Source: Eledone cirrhosa
Taxonomy: Eukaryota
Direction: 5' to 3'
Length of the DNA stretch: 64,000 bases
NCBI GenBank assembly: GCA_964016885.1
Contig: OZ024741.1
Location: 47,988,001 to 48,052,000 of the forward strand
The notes beneath the pieces were generated by a model. The model did no database searches. It worked only from the letters and a program-made list of their open reading frames with translations, and was not told the origin of the DNA. Of the stretch, positions 41,157 to 58,197 are shown piece after piece (the stretch's first letter is position 1; every line of letters starts with the position of its first letter). The position numbers and the translations under genes are program-made.

Positions 41157-41470
41157 CTGCACCACCCTTATGTAGCAGTTGTAGAATCATTGTGCAACAG
41201 TTGCACTATCCCTGTGCTCCATCCATGTAAAGCAACTGCACCATCCATGTGTAGTAATTGTACCACCCCTGCACAATAGCTGCACCATCCATGTGTAGTA
41301 ATTGTACCACCCCTGCACAATAGCTGCACTATTTGTGTAATAATTGTACCACTCCTGCACAATAGCTGCACTATCCCTGTGTAACAAATGAGCTACCCCT
41401 GTGCAATAGCTGCATTATCTGTGAGCACCATCCATGTGTAGTAATTGCACCACCTGTGTGCTACAGGTGC
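41157..41470. repeat. Degenerate 44-bp minisatellite
   Basis: GCTGCACCATCCATGTGTAGTAATTGTACCACCCCTGCACAATA units. Confidence 0.8.
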
Positions 41471-43451
41471 ACCTTCACTGATACAAAAGCAGATCACCAA
41501 TGCCTGGTATGGAGTCAGGATGTCAAGCCTGAAGTAGTTTCCAACCTTTTATATAGTGTAAGATACAGTAAATGATTGGTAGAAAGTAAGAAAAAAGAAG
41601 CCAGTGGTGATGCATTACTGCTAACCACTGTTAATTCCTATGATTAGTTAAACTGTAGTTTATTTGTTTTAAGGCAGGGTTTGTGAACCTGGGCGATATT
41701 GCTCACTTGTGTGCGATTTCAACTGTTGGGTTGACGATAAGCAACTAAACAGAAAATAGTGGGTGATTGGAAATTTTGGGGGACAATGTAGGATTTTGTG
41801 TATTAAGAAGGTATTTCAACATATGTTACCCCCCAAAAAATATTTAAAGGAGATATACAAAAACTTGTTAATTAATTGAAACAGAGTGTATTTCATCAGA
41901 AATGCTTTCATGAAAGGGTTAAATGATGCTCAAACCCCTTCAACAATCGTTTATTTTGGATAATCTACCCATTTGCTGGGTTTCTGCAGAGGAGATATTT
42001 TAAGCATCATTCAAAATGCAAGGCTTGAAAAAAAATTAAAACAAAGAAGTTTTAGTAGTTGAGTAGTTTGTTCTGTCACACTGAACAGACCGATGGTAAA
42101 AAAAAAAAAAAAAAAAAAAAAAACTGAAGTTATCCTCCTGTGAGAAATGTAGGACTAAATACTATTGTTAAACTGAAGACACTATTTCATCTCTATCGGG
42201 AGGAAGAGAATCTAAGAATGAAGACCTAGTTTTCTCTTGAAGTTCCTTATTTCCAGATAGACATGACAGTCTTCAAGAACTTCTTGTTCCTTAAGAAACA
42301 AACAATGAAGGCAAGTTTAGTGATGTAAAAAATTAAAAAATCTATTGTATAAATGTTGTAAAATAAAATTAAAAATAGTTGAATGACTTAAGAAGCTTTA
42401 GGAAAATTGGAAATGTTATTGTTCCAGTGTAGGTGACTACAATAATAGTCTATTATTATAAATGATAGTTGAGAAAACTAGATAAAGTACAGCTTGTCCA
42501 CTTCTCAATTAGTATTTAAGCTAGTTAGTTTAGATGTGGGATCCTGGACTAGGTCTTGGTTGCTCAAACTGTTGAGATGTTTATATTTGTTTGAATATTG
42601 AATATTTTGTAACATTGATTTTATTTTGATTCTAAATTTACTGCTATCATTTTCATGTTCCAGCATGCTAAGAAATATCTGTTGTTTATTTTTTATTTTA
42701 AATTCCATAGATTTATTACTATTTTCCATGACTGAGTACAACCTGCTTCATGGTTGAGGTTCATGGTTGAGTGATCAGTAACTGGCTCTCACACCAGACC
42801 CTGGTCTGGTGAGGATAGTAAATAGAACCCCAGCAGCACAAAAAATAAGAGCTGTTAAAAGGGTAGATGAACTCCTCAGTCACCAGCCATCTAGCCCAAC
42901 TATGGGTTAAATAGCCTCACCAACCCGCAATTGACCAAGCGTGGTGAACATGGCTACACCCCTGACATGACCAAATCAAACAGAAAGTGATGGAGGTCAA
43001 CCAGGGAGAGGTTCCTCCAATAAAAGTGAGAAGAAATATTAAGGATTTCTAGCAATTTTTTTCAAAATGATTTTTAACATAATAGTTATAAATATACCTG
43101 GAGATACAACATAGAGAAGTACTGTTTTACAGCTGGCTACATACAATGTTTTGTGGTACTCATATGAAGCTCCACACGTCTTAGAAATCTAGCCGACCCT
43201 GTGGAAGTTTCCCAGTTCAATAAGAATCAATCACCACATATTAAAAAATCAGTGTTACTTTGGTTCATCAGTTTTATTCCTTTGTAGTTGCTCCTTTCTA
43301 GCACATCATATTTCCCTTTGTAAGAAATAATGAATATATTGCTACACCAATGATTGATTATATGGGCAACTAAGTTCAACTCCTACTTCCCCAGAAGATT
43401 TTAATATCTTGGTAATTATCTCTGATGAACTGGTGGTATCATTTTTTAATA

Positions 43452-43640
43452 ATTGTTTCTACTATTGGCACAAGGCCAGCAATTATTCAGTACATTACTG
43501 GTACTTTATTTTATCGACCCCGAAAGGATGAGAGGCAAAGTTAACCTCGGCGGGATTTGAACTCAGAATGGCAAGGGCCGTAACTCTATGCATGAAAGCA
43601 TGGCGTCCGACCCTCTACCGATACTGCCAATTCACCACCC
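43452..43640 (-). mobile_element. Meta-like SINE, well preserved
   Basis: Close reverse complement of 1170-1355. Confidence 0.75.
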
Positions 43641-43649
43641 TCATTTTTT

Positions 43650-43915
43650 AATAATGATGATAATAATAATAATGAAAATTATTGTATACAGTGCTCAGAT
43701 GCACTATAACTCATCAAAGGTGCATGTATAGTACATAGAATGATGTACAAATGTCATGAAAGTGAACAGTGTGAGTTATAATATACATACAGACATGTGT
43801 GTGGAGGGGTAATATCAGGTGTAGTGTTGGTGAATTTCTGGAAGTTTTGAAGGATGCAGTGTCCCGGCAGCTAACAACTGATGCAGGTAGTTTGTTCCAT
43901 GCTTCAACAATTCTG
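43650..43915 (-). mobile_element. CR1-group LINE extreme 3' end with (ATT)n tail
   Basis: RIVEAWNKLPASVVSCRDTASFK then UTR. Confidence 0.7.
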
Positions 43916-44859
43916 GTTTCCTTGATTGCTCCTTTGATCCCACAGCTGTCAAATTTTATTGTTGGTCCCTCTATTGGATCAGCTGGGGGTAGTCTCTCTT
44001 TTCCCATATATTTCACCCATTCACAACCTCTCATAATAGCATTTCCAGGCCATTTACTTTTGAGCATCAATGAGTCGAAGTGCATCGGTTTCATTTCAGG
44101 CACACTTTTCCCCTAACAACATCTTGGTTTTCACTAGCACACTGTTTTGTGATGCAGGATGTCTCTGAACCTCAAATTGCAAGATATTGGCAAACCTTCT
44201 GCTTTCATCATCATTTTGTGCTATGTAAACCTGGCAACTAGCTTCTATTTTAGCTATCTAGTACTGATCTTTGCTATCCCCATTTCCCAGTTTTTCTATG
44301 CATGTCTCTTGGTTTTAACAACTCTATCCACAGTGTTGTTCCACCAGAATTATATTATCACATCTCGGCCTTTTGGCTAAGATCAAAGTGTAGTAGTAGT
44401 AGTATTGCAAGGACAACATTCTATGTTAGCTTTAAATGCAGGCTTAACTGTGTCTGTTCTAGAATAATGTCAGAGTACTGTATGTAGCATGTATGCTGTA
44501 TGTAGCTTCACACATACATGGTGCAGCAGCATTTTTATTGATGTTTGCATTAACCATGCATGCACAGCATTCTGTTGTCTTCAAAGCTAACTTTGGTCCA
44601 TGAGGAAGATCTATCTGATCACAACTCCTGTACAATTGTTTACGCCAAGCTTCTGTATTGTTGTGAGACGTGATCAGTGAGAACTGCATTCTTATGGTGT
44701 CTGCAGCTGGCTGATATTCTGTGTTGGATGACTGTAATCACTGTGCATGGCTTACTTCTGTTCATAATACCATAGATTCACTGGTTTGAACCAGCTCAAC
44801 TTATCTCAGGTGAATACCAACACAACATACACTGTAACTCTATTTATACAATTATATAT

Positions 44860-45470
44860 TTCAATTCTGTGCCACACAAAAGACTTATGGCGAAATTCTC
44901 TGCAATGGGTGTGAAGGATGATCTTTTTAACTGGTTGAAGTCCTTCATTCTCAGTCGAAGAGAGGTAGTCACGGTTCTAGGAGAGCATTCCTCACCATAT
45001 GAGATGACATCTGGTGTACCACAGGGATCTGTTCTTGGCCCCCTTTTGTTTGTGGCATATATTAATGACATAGATGCCAACTTAAAGAATGCCACAGTAC
45101 TGAAATATGCAGATGACATCAAGCTGTACCTTGAGATAAAAAGGACAGATCCTGAACACTATAGATCTTGCCTGCAGTCTGACCTGGACACAATGCAACA
45201 ATGAATCACAGACTGGCAACTCAAGCTCACTGTGGACAAGTGCACCACCATGCATTTGGGAGTAAAAACCCAGCGTCCACATACTCCCTCCACAACACTA
45301 ATATCAAGAAGTCTTCTTGTGAGCGTGACCTGGGCATTACGGTCAACAGCAATTTACGTTGGATGAAGCACGTCTCTCAAATTGTCAAGAAGGCCGAGGC
45401 TGTCTTAGCATCACTCAGCAAGACCTTTGTCAGCCGCTCTCCAGCTATCTATTTAAGGCTGTATATAGCT
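44860..45470 (+). mobile_element. CR1-group LINE RT fragment, disrupted
   Basis: SVPHKRL, SGVPQGSVLGPLLFVAYINDI, LKYADDIKLY, ERDLGI. Confidence 0.88.
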
Positions 45471-45639
45471 AGCTAGCTATATCAAGCGTTAACCTAATAT
45501 ATCCCTTCCATATACTGTACCGATTGTGTTATTTCTGTTTACCCTTTACATATATATATATACATATATATATATACACACACAACTATAGTGTTTGTGT
45601 GTGTGTGTGCGCGTATATATAAATATAATTTATATATAT

Positions 45640-46470
45640 ATCATCATCATCATCATCGTTTAACGTCCATATTCCACACTTGCATGGGTTTGGACGGGAG
45701 TTTTCCCACTTGAAGCAAGAGTGATTGTCTTGCGGGTTTTCTACGGCTGGATGCCCTTCCTAACACCAACCATATTTACAGTGTGGACTGGGAGGTTTTT
45801 ACCGTGTTACCTACACGGCCACATTACAGCGTGGACTGTGTTTTTTTGTTGTGACACCTACACGACCTCATTTGTTTCGGACTGGATGTTGTGGTACCAA
45901 CATAACTTTACATTGAAAGGGGTGGTGTGGATGGGGTGGGGGTAGTGAGACGGGGTGTATTTTGTTAGAGGTACCTACTGACTCTAGTAGGTTTCACTTT
46001 GTACTTAGGTAAGGCGGGTCTTCTCTATTACTGTGTAGTGCCAAAGATCTCGGTCCAGTGACATTGTCTTGGAGAGGTGTAAGTGTGTGAGGTCGGAATT
46101 TATCAAGTCATCCCAGGTTTTTCTGGGTCTGCCTACTCCGTGGCTACCGTCTATTTTTATCGCCCTGCACTTTTTTTATACAACTGTCGTCTTTCATGCG
46201 CATCACGTGACCATACCAACGTAGCCTTCTCTCGATAAACAACATCTGATCCTTCTTATTTCTAATTTTTCCCTTAGTTCGTTTATGCTTTGCCATTCAC
46301 GTATATTACTATTACACATCCAGCGGAGCATGCAAGCTTCGTTCCTCTCCAGTCTGCGTATATCCTCTGCACACAATGCCCAGATCTCACTGCCATGCAA
46401 CATTGCTGTTCGTATGCAGGCATCATACAGCCTGTCTTTCATTTTTAGGGAGAACCCTTTAGCGGCTAAT
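45640..46470 (-). mobile_element. RTE 3' fragment (family of 52317-54562)
   Basis: [22 protein letters not shown], 3' UTR, (GAT)n tail. Confidence 0.88.
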
Positions 46471-46668
46471 AATTCTGAAGACAGCATATATATGTGATGG
46501 TATGTATATTCTCCTTGATAGTTTGTATAATTTTGTACATAGATATTTTGAATATGCATGCCAATTCTAACACATATATGTCCTAGAAACGATCGTTAAA
46601 TAATGAACTTTTTTTGTTTAATATAAGGAACTGTTTCTTTGTTTTATTCATTATTTTTTTAATATTTT
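46471..46668 (+). ncRNA. Short Naiad pLTR module with long-stem-II hammerhead (diverged copy)
   Basis: CTGAAGA at 46475 ... GAAACGATCGTTAAATAATGAA at 46586-46607; homologous to 63754-63965. Confidence 0.75.
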
Positions 46669-46710
46669 ATATATAAATATATATATATATATATATAAAA
46701 ATAAATATAA

Positions 46711-46801
<91 letters not shown>

Positions 46802-46819
46802 TTATATATATATATATAT

Positions 46820-47158
46820 CATCATCATCATTTCATTTTACATCCGCTTTTTCCCTGCTTGCAAGGGTGGGATGGGAACTGATGCTGGCTTGATTTCTAC
46901 AGCTGGATGCCCTTCCTAACACCAACCTCATTTACAGTGAGTGCTGGGTGCTTTTTTGCCGTGGCACCTCCACGACCACTTTACAGTGGAATGATAGGGA
47001 CACCAGTCCCTATCATCTCATTTCTACAGCTGAGTAAACTGGAGCAATGTGAAATAAAGTGCCTTGCTCAAGGAAACAACACATCACCCGGTCTGAGAAT
47101 TGAACTCACAACCTTTCGATTGCAAGGCCAATGCTCTAACCACTAAGCCATGTGCCTC
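46820..47158 (-). mobile_element. Composite of RTE tail fragments and a tRNA-head SINE
   Basis: (CAT)n plus sequence matching 30250-30305 and 34065-34200, then SINE head 47025-47158. Confidence 0.6.
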
Positions 47159-47172
47159 CATATATATATATT

Positions 47173-47235
<63 letters not shown>

Positions 47236-47294
47236 TTATATATATTTATATATATATATTTATATATATTTATATATATATATTTATATATATT

Positions 47295-47353
<59 letters not shown>

Positions 47354-47600
47354 ATATATTTATATATATTTATATATATTTATATATATATTTATATATA
47401 TATTTATATATATATTTATATATATTTATATATATATTTATATATATATTTATATATATATTTATATATATATTTATATATATTTATATATATATTTATA
47501 TATATTTATATATATATATATATATTTATATATATTTATATATATATTTATATATATATTTATATATATATTTATATATATATATATATATATTTATATA

Positions 47601-48353
47601 TAGATAATTTAATATATCAACTAACATAAGCGCACAGATGCACGCCTATGCCAGCAAATACACAGGTTATGTCATAGTACCTAGGTGGTTCAATGCAGGA
47701 GGATGCAGAACAATAATATAAAAGACGTAAAATAAGAAAATCCTTTAAAAAAAATTTTTTTTTTAAATTTTTTACTTACTTACTTAAATTTTCACTCCAA
47801 CTAATTAGTTTCTGCAATGGGATAAAGACAGTTACGTAATCTAACTGTCGAGAATTCATTGCGTCATCAGGGAGTCTATTCTCAGCTAAGTCTCCAGGCA
47901 ATGCGCGGACACTGGCGGCTCATATAAAAATAATAATAATTCGGTAGATGGAACAGCTAGCGAGGACTGAATTCCATGCACTGAAATCCTCACTGCTTCT
48001 AGTCAAATGGCCGATTCTAAAGAATCAATCACGTGACACAGAGGCTAATCAGAAGGAATGGGATGGTAAAATGACAGACGCCTGCTAACACCCCCCAAAA
48101 AAATTTTTTTAGAAGTGGTTTTGGCAGGTTTGCTCGACAAATCAGTGATTTGGAGATAAATATAGATAATTTAATATATCAACTAACATAAGCGCACAGA
48201 TGCACGCCTATGCCAGCAAATACACAGGTTATGTCATAGTACCTAGGTGGTTCAATGCAGGAGGATGCAGAACAATAATATAAAAGACGTAAAATAAGAA
48301 AATCCTTTTAAAAAAATTTTTTTTTAAAAATTTTTTACTTACTTAAATTTTCA
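47601..48353 (-). mobile_element. Non-coding 562-bp HHR-containing unit with ~190-bp terminal direct repeat (retrozyme-like or non-autonomous PLE)
   Basis: 47601-47794 repeats at 48163-48353; HHR at 47794-47875; flanked by (TA)n. Confidence 0.8.
47794..47875 (-). ncRNA. Type I hammerhead ribozyme with extended stem II
   Basis: ACUCC-CUGAUGA-C-GCAAUG..GACAGUUA(loop)UAACUGUC..CAUUGC-A-GAAAC-UAAUUA-GUU-GGAGU. Confidence 0.85.
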
Positions 48354-51298
<2,945 letters not shown>

Positions 51299-51494
51299 TG
51301 TAGATAAATCTACCAAGAGTTTACGGTAGTGTCCAATCCGTATGAAGAACTCAATGTATTCCGGATATCATGGAAAGAAGAGATGTAATGAAAAATCACT
51401 TTCGGTGAAAGATAAACGGTATACAGAGTCAAGATAAAATATTAAACAAATAATGAATAAACAATGAGAAGTTCCTTATATTAAACAAAAAAAG

Positions 51495-51648
51495 TTCATT
51501 ATTTAACGATCGTTTCTAGGATATATATGTGTTAGAATTGGCATGCATATTCAACAGATCTATGTACAAAATTATACAAAATTATACAAACTATCAAGAT
51601 TAAATATACATACCAACACATATATACGCCGTCTTCAGAAATAATGAA
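51495..51648 (-). ncRNA. Long-stem-II type I hammerhead
   Basis: Reverse-complement homolog of 62776-62930 with 10-bp stem I. Confidence 0.8.
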
Positions 51649-52276
51649 GTATATTTATTGATAATAACAACAATTCAAAATTTCAGGTCCGTTTGGGAAC
51701 AAAATTGACCAATGAAAACACAAAGGGTTAAATGCAGTTCGGTGTGTGTATATACATGTAAAACCCTTACACATATTTTACAAAAATGTATGTATAATTT
51801 GTATACGCATACTAAAAGGATGGATGCAAATACAAAATTTCAAGGTTAATGTCTCTGTAAGTTTATAATGCACCGATAAGATGCGTATAGACACACAAAT
51901 ATGAAATTAAGTATATAAATATATTTTTTTCATACTCACACATATCCGTACAATCACACATACACGCGCGTATATGCATAAATATACACATAACCACGAA
52001 CATACAAACACACACACACCCCCACTCACATTTATATATGTGGATATAAAATCATAAGCACATGGATATTAATTCACTCACATAAACACTGGCACACACA
52101 TTTAGATCAAGATACAGAAATTAGGTGGGAGGGGGGGGGAGGTCAGTATTCAACGGTCTGAGCAGACTGCCTAATATAGATGTATCTATAAACTAAGAAA
52201 ATAAAAAATAATAAATAATAAATAAACATTAAAGAGGAAAGAATAGAAAGAAAAAAGAAAAAAGAAATATATCAAG

Positions 52277-52316
<40 letters not shown>

Positions 52317-54561
52317 CATCATCATCATCATCATTATCAGGTTTAGCGTCCGTGTTCCACGCTTGCATGGGTTTGGACGGGGGTTTTCCCACTTGAGGCA
52401 AGAGTGGTTGTCTTGCTCGCATAGGACTGTCTGGCGGGTTTTCTACAGTTGGATGCCCTTCCTAACACCAACCACATTTACAGTGTGGGGCTGGGAGGTT
52501 TTTACCGTGTTGCCTACACGGCCACATTACAGCGTGGACTGTCTGGCGGGTTTTCTACAGCTGGATGCCCTTCCTAACACCAACCACATTTACAGTGTGG
52601 GGCGGGGAGGTTTTTACCGTGTTGCCTACACGGCCACATTTACAGCGTGGACTGTGTGTTTTTTGTCGTGACACCTACACGATCTCATTTGTTTCGGCCT
52701 GGATGTTGTGGGGCCAACATAACTTTACATTGAAAGGGGCGGTGTGGGTGGGGTGGAGGTGGAGGTGGTGGGACGGGGGTGTGTTTTGATAGAGGTGCCT
52801 ACTGACTGTAGTAGGTTTTTACTTTGTATTTAGGTAAGGCGGGTCTTCTCTATTACTGAGTACCGCCAAAGGTCTCGGTCCAGTGACATTGTCTTGGAGA
52901 GGTGTAAGCGTGTGAGGTCGGAAATTATCAGCTCGTCCCATGTTTTTCTGGGTCTGCCTACTCCGTGGCTACCGTCTATCTTTATTGCCCTGCACTTTGT
53001 TATACAGCTGTCGTCTTTCATGCGCATCACGTGACCGTACCAACGTAGCCTTCTCTCGAGTAAACAACATCTGATCCCTCTTATTTCTAATTTTTTCCTT
53101 AGTTCGTTTATGCTTTGCCGTTCACGTATATTACTATTGCACATCCAGCGGAGCATGCAAGCTTCGTTCCTCTCTAGTCTGCGTATATCCTCTGCACACA
53201 ATGCCCAGGTCTCACTGCCATGCAGCATTGCTGTTCGTATGCAGGCATCGTATAACCTGCCTTTCATTTTTAGGGAGAACCCTCTAGCGGCTAATAGTGG
53301 TATAAGCTCTCTGAACTTTTTCCATCCAGTTCTGACTCTAGCTACTGTACTTTCAGAGCACCCTCCCCCACTGCTGATTTTGTCACCCAGATAACGGAAG
53401 CTATCCACTATTTCTATAGAACCCTCTGCGCAGTTGAAGGAGCTAGTATTTTGTGGGCACTTGCTGCTACTTATTGCACCAGAGCACCGGCCACATGTAA
53501 AATCTATGTTCTTAGTTAGCTTACCTGTGATCCCACTACATCTTTTATGCACCCATACTTTGCATTTGGGACATAAAATGGAGTTTCTACCTACGCCTTT
53601 CCTACACACTGAGCATGGCCATTTCCCCGATGGGACCGCCGCCTTATTTTCTTTCCTACAAACTAGAACTTTAGTCTTAGCCAGGTTAATTTTAAGGCCT
53701 TTTGATTCTAGGCCGTGCTTCCACGTTTGGAATTTCTTCTCTAGTTCGGTCATTGATTCAGCTATGAGCGTTAGATCATCTGCGTATAGGAGTTCCCATG
53801 GGCAGCCGGTCTTGAACTCCTCTGTTATAGCCTGAAGGGCAATAATAAATAGTAGGGGGCTAAGTACAGAGCCCTGATGGACACCAACTTTTACGCTAAA
53901 CTCTTCACTATATTCGTTGTTAATTCTAACCTTACTGACTGTTTCTTTATACATGGCTTGTATAGCTCTCACAAGCCATTCGTCAACACCTAGTTTTCTA
54001 AGAGACCACCAGATAATGGAACGGGGGACTCTGTCGAAGGCTTTCTCCAAGTCGACAAAAGCTAAGTATAGGGGTTTACTTTTAGCTAGGTACTTCTCCT
54101 GTAGTTGTCGTACAATGAAAAGAGCGTCTGTGGTACTTTTGCCTGACACAAACCCGAACTGCATTTCATCTAGATCAATTCTCTCTCTGATTAGTTGCGC
54201 TATTACTTTTTCCGTGACCTTCATGACCTGGTCGATTAATTTAATGCCTCTATAGTTACTCCTATCTAGGGCATCTCCTTTTCCCTTATAGCAGTTAACG
54301 ATGATGCTGCTACGCCATTCCTTCGGAACAACCCCATTCTGTACGACTTGGTTAACTATCCGGGTGACCATGGTGTGTCCCACCGAACCAGATGCCTTCA
54401 GCATCTCAGCAACTATTTCCGAAGGCCCAGCCGCCTTACCCGTCTTCATATCTTTGATTGCCTTACTTATTATACTACCTTCAACTAACACTGCTGGTCC
54501 CTCTATTGGATCGATCTGGGGGAGACTATCTTTCTCCCATTTGTTCTCCTCATTTAGAAGC

Positions 54562-54562
<1 letters not shown>
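52317..54562 (-). mobile_element. RTE-clade LINE, 5'-truncated, RT ORF intact (52830-54562), inserted in the left arm only
   Basis: NYRGIKL, FVDLEKAFDRV, GVHQGSVLSPLLF, LLYADD, FRYLGD; (GAT)n tail. Confidence 0.95.
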
Positions 54563-54616
<54 letters not shown>

Positions 54617-55147
54617 CATATATATACATAGACACACACACACACATACATATATATACACACATATACAAACACATACATACATATACACACATCCACA
54701 CTAAGAACATACATACACACACATATATAAACATATACATATACACACATACATACATATACACATATACATATAAATACACATATATATATATATATAT
54801 ATATACATATATATGTGTATATACACATACATACACGCATACATATACATATAATCACACATACTATATAGACACACATATATATAACCACACACATACA
54901 TGCACATATACAACACTTACATACTAATATACATACAGATATACACATACATAGCTATATATACACACAAATATATACAGACTTCCATACATACATACAG
55001 ACAAATACTTAAGCATCTATATATCGGTATATACATACAAACACCACTACACTATCACACAACTTAGACATACAAAGAGAAAGGTATATACCTATACACA
55101 CATACATATATAAATAGAAAAACATATAGATATATATATATATATAT

Positions 55148-55200
<53 letters not shown>

Positions 55201-55353
55201 CATACATATACACATACACACACATACACATACACACACATACATACATGTACACACACATAGAAATATATACGCATACACACATACACACATACATATA
55301 AAGTCATACACACACATACACCTACACGAACATACACATACACATATATAAAG

Positions 55354-55396
<43 letters not shown>

Positions 55397-55421
55397 AAAA
55401 ATAAATAATAAAGATATATAC

Positions 55422-55470
<49 letters not shown>

Positions 55471-55809
55471 CACATATATATACACACACATACATAGACA
55501 TACATGTACATACATACACATACATAGATATACATACATATATATATACACACATAGACATATACATACATACACACACAACTTACATACACACATATAT
55601 ATACACATATATATTCATACATAGAATTAGATATATAATCATACATACATATGCACTTACATATACTCATATATACAAATACATACGCATCCATATATGC
55701 GTATATACATAGAAACACCACTACAACCTCACCCAACTCAGACATACAAATAAAAATAAAAAGGCATATGCATATACATATATACACGCATTAATAGAGA
55801 TATATATAT

Positions 55810-55851
<42 letters not shown>

Positions 55852-56076
55852 ATTCATATATATATATACATACCCACACACACATACCACCATAAATACA
55901 CATACAAACACCCACATATACATATATATACACACGTATATATATATATATCCACACACATAAAAAACAGACATGCACATATATATATATTTTTTTACAC
56001 TTATATATACACATATTATATACACATACACACCCTCACATATACACACATACACATAAGTTATATTATAATAATA

Positions 56077-56137
<61 letters not shown>

Positions 56138-56197
56138 AAAACATATACATACATATATACACACATACGAATATAGACATATATTCACACATAGACA

Positions 56198-56237
<40 letters not shown>

Positions 56238-56455
56238 TACATATACACAGACACATATACACACTCACATATATATGTGTGTGCACACACACATATATAC
56301 ACACATACACACATATACACATAAACACATATATGTGTATACATGCACACACACACATATATCCACATAGATACGAAGATAGACATATAAATAGAGAGAC
56401 ATACATATATATACAACACACATACACACACTTACATACACACACATATATATAC

Positions 56456-56534
<79 letters not shown>

Positions 56535-58197
56535 CACATACACACATTCACATACACATACATATACACATGCATATATACACATATATACATACATACA
56601 CACACTCATATATACACACACAATCTTACATTCATATTTGCATGCGCATATATGTATTTTTATATTCAGATATAAATACCCAAACATATATAGACACCTA
56701 CCTACATATATATTCATACATACACGCTTACAAATACAGATGATAATAGTATGGGGGAAAGGGGGGGTTTGGAGAAGGGGATCATAGTAAATATATGTTT
56801 CAAGAAACATAGAATATTTTCCGTATCTTGATCCAATGTATGTTTTTACATAGTTTCAGTGTTAGGAAATACAATAAACAAGAAATAAGGCAAAATCTAT
56901 GCATCTCAAAATAAACAAGTATACCATTAATTATAATTAAAATTTTTAGGTTGATTAAAATTAAAACCAAATTATAAATATATTTCTAAAATGTATATTA
57001 ATTAGGTCTATAATACTAAAAATTATTTCTCTGTCATTGGATACACGATATTATTTTGTTATATTTTATCTGTAAAAGAATTATAATAAAAGGTTTAAAT
57101 AAATTAAAATTAATCTATAAATTAAATTACTAAGTATATATTAGTAATATTTAAAGGTTTTTCACAATTTATGATTACATAATATTTTATATTCTCATCT
57201 GTAATAAAATTTTAATTAAATTAAATTTATAGGTTAACTAACATTTAAATTAAATTAATTTCTAAAATAATGTTATTAATTAGGTTTATAATATTTAAAT
57301 GTTTTTTTTAATTTATGATTACACGATATAATTAATTCCTGTCGTTTATTTAATAAGATATCCTTAGACTTCATTATTTCAAATAGTTCTTGGGAACATA
57401 ATCTACATTCATTTCTATTATTTTGATAAGGGGTGGCTCTTTTGAGCACACTCCAGGTCAAATCATATTCTATATTCTTATTTTTATAACTATTGATTTT
57501 TTCTGCTAGAGATGTTGTATTAGCCAGTGCGGCATTTTTAAAAACTATGCTTGTGGGTATTAAACCTTGTCTTAAAATTGTTAGAGGTAGCTCCTATATA
57601 TGAGCAAATAGAATCTTTAGTTTTAACATTACATTTATAGACTATGTTGTTAACAAGACAATTCCCTTTTAATGGGCAGTTTGCTTTGTTTCTACAGTTA
57701 CATCCTTTCGTTAATTCTGTATTTGAGGAGATATTATGGTTAATTTGATGTACTGGTGGTATACTTATGGTTTTCTTACATTTATATGCATTATAGGCAC
57801 TTATATTTTGTTTTATGTTATTTGTTGTAGAGTATGAGAATTTAACTGTAGACCTATTTAAGATTTGATGGTATTTGTGGTTTGGCGGGAAGTTTTTCTC
57901 AAGGATATAAAAAATTTTTTAGCAATATTATCCTTAACTTGTAAATTAAATGGAGCATTATACCAAGTAACCCGTCTATTACGGTTTCTATGTTGTTTAT
58001 TATTTTTATTATTTTTATAGGTTGTATCGTGATTTTTACTAGGAGGATTAATGTTAATGATCTCACCACAACCATTTTTAGTTATATTTGTAGATTTAGG
58101 TGTTTTATCCTTTTTATTAGGAGTTTTATTATTAATATTTATTAGAGTTGTATGATGAGTAGTTTTTTGAGAGTTACTATACTTTATATTAGAAGAT

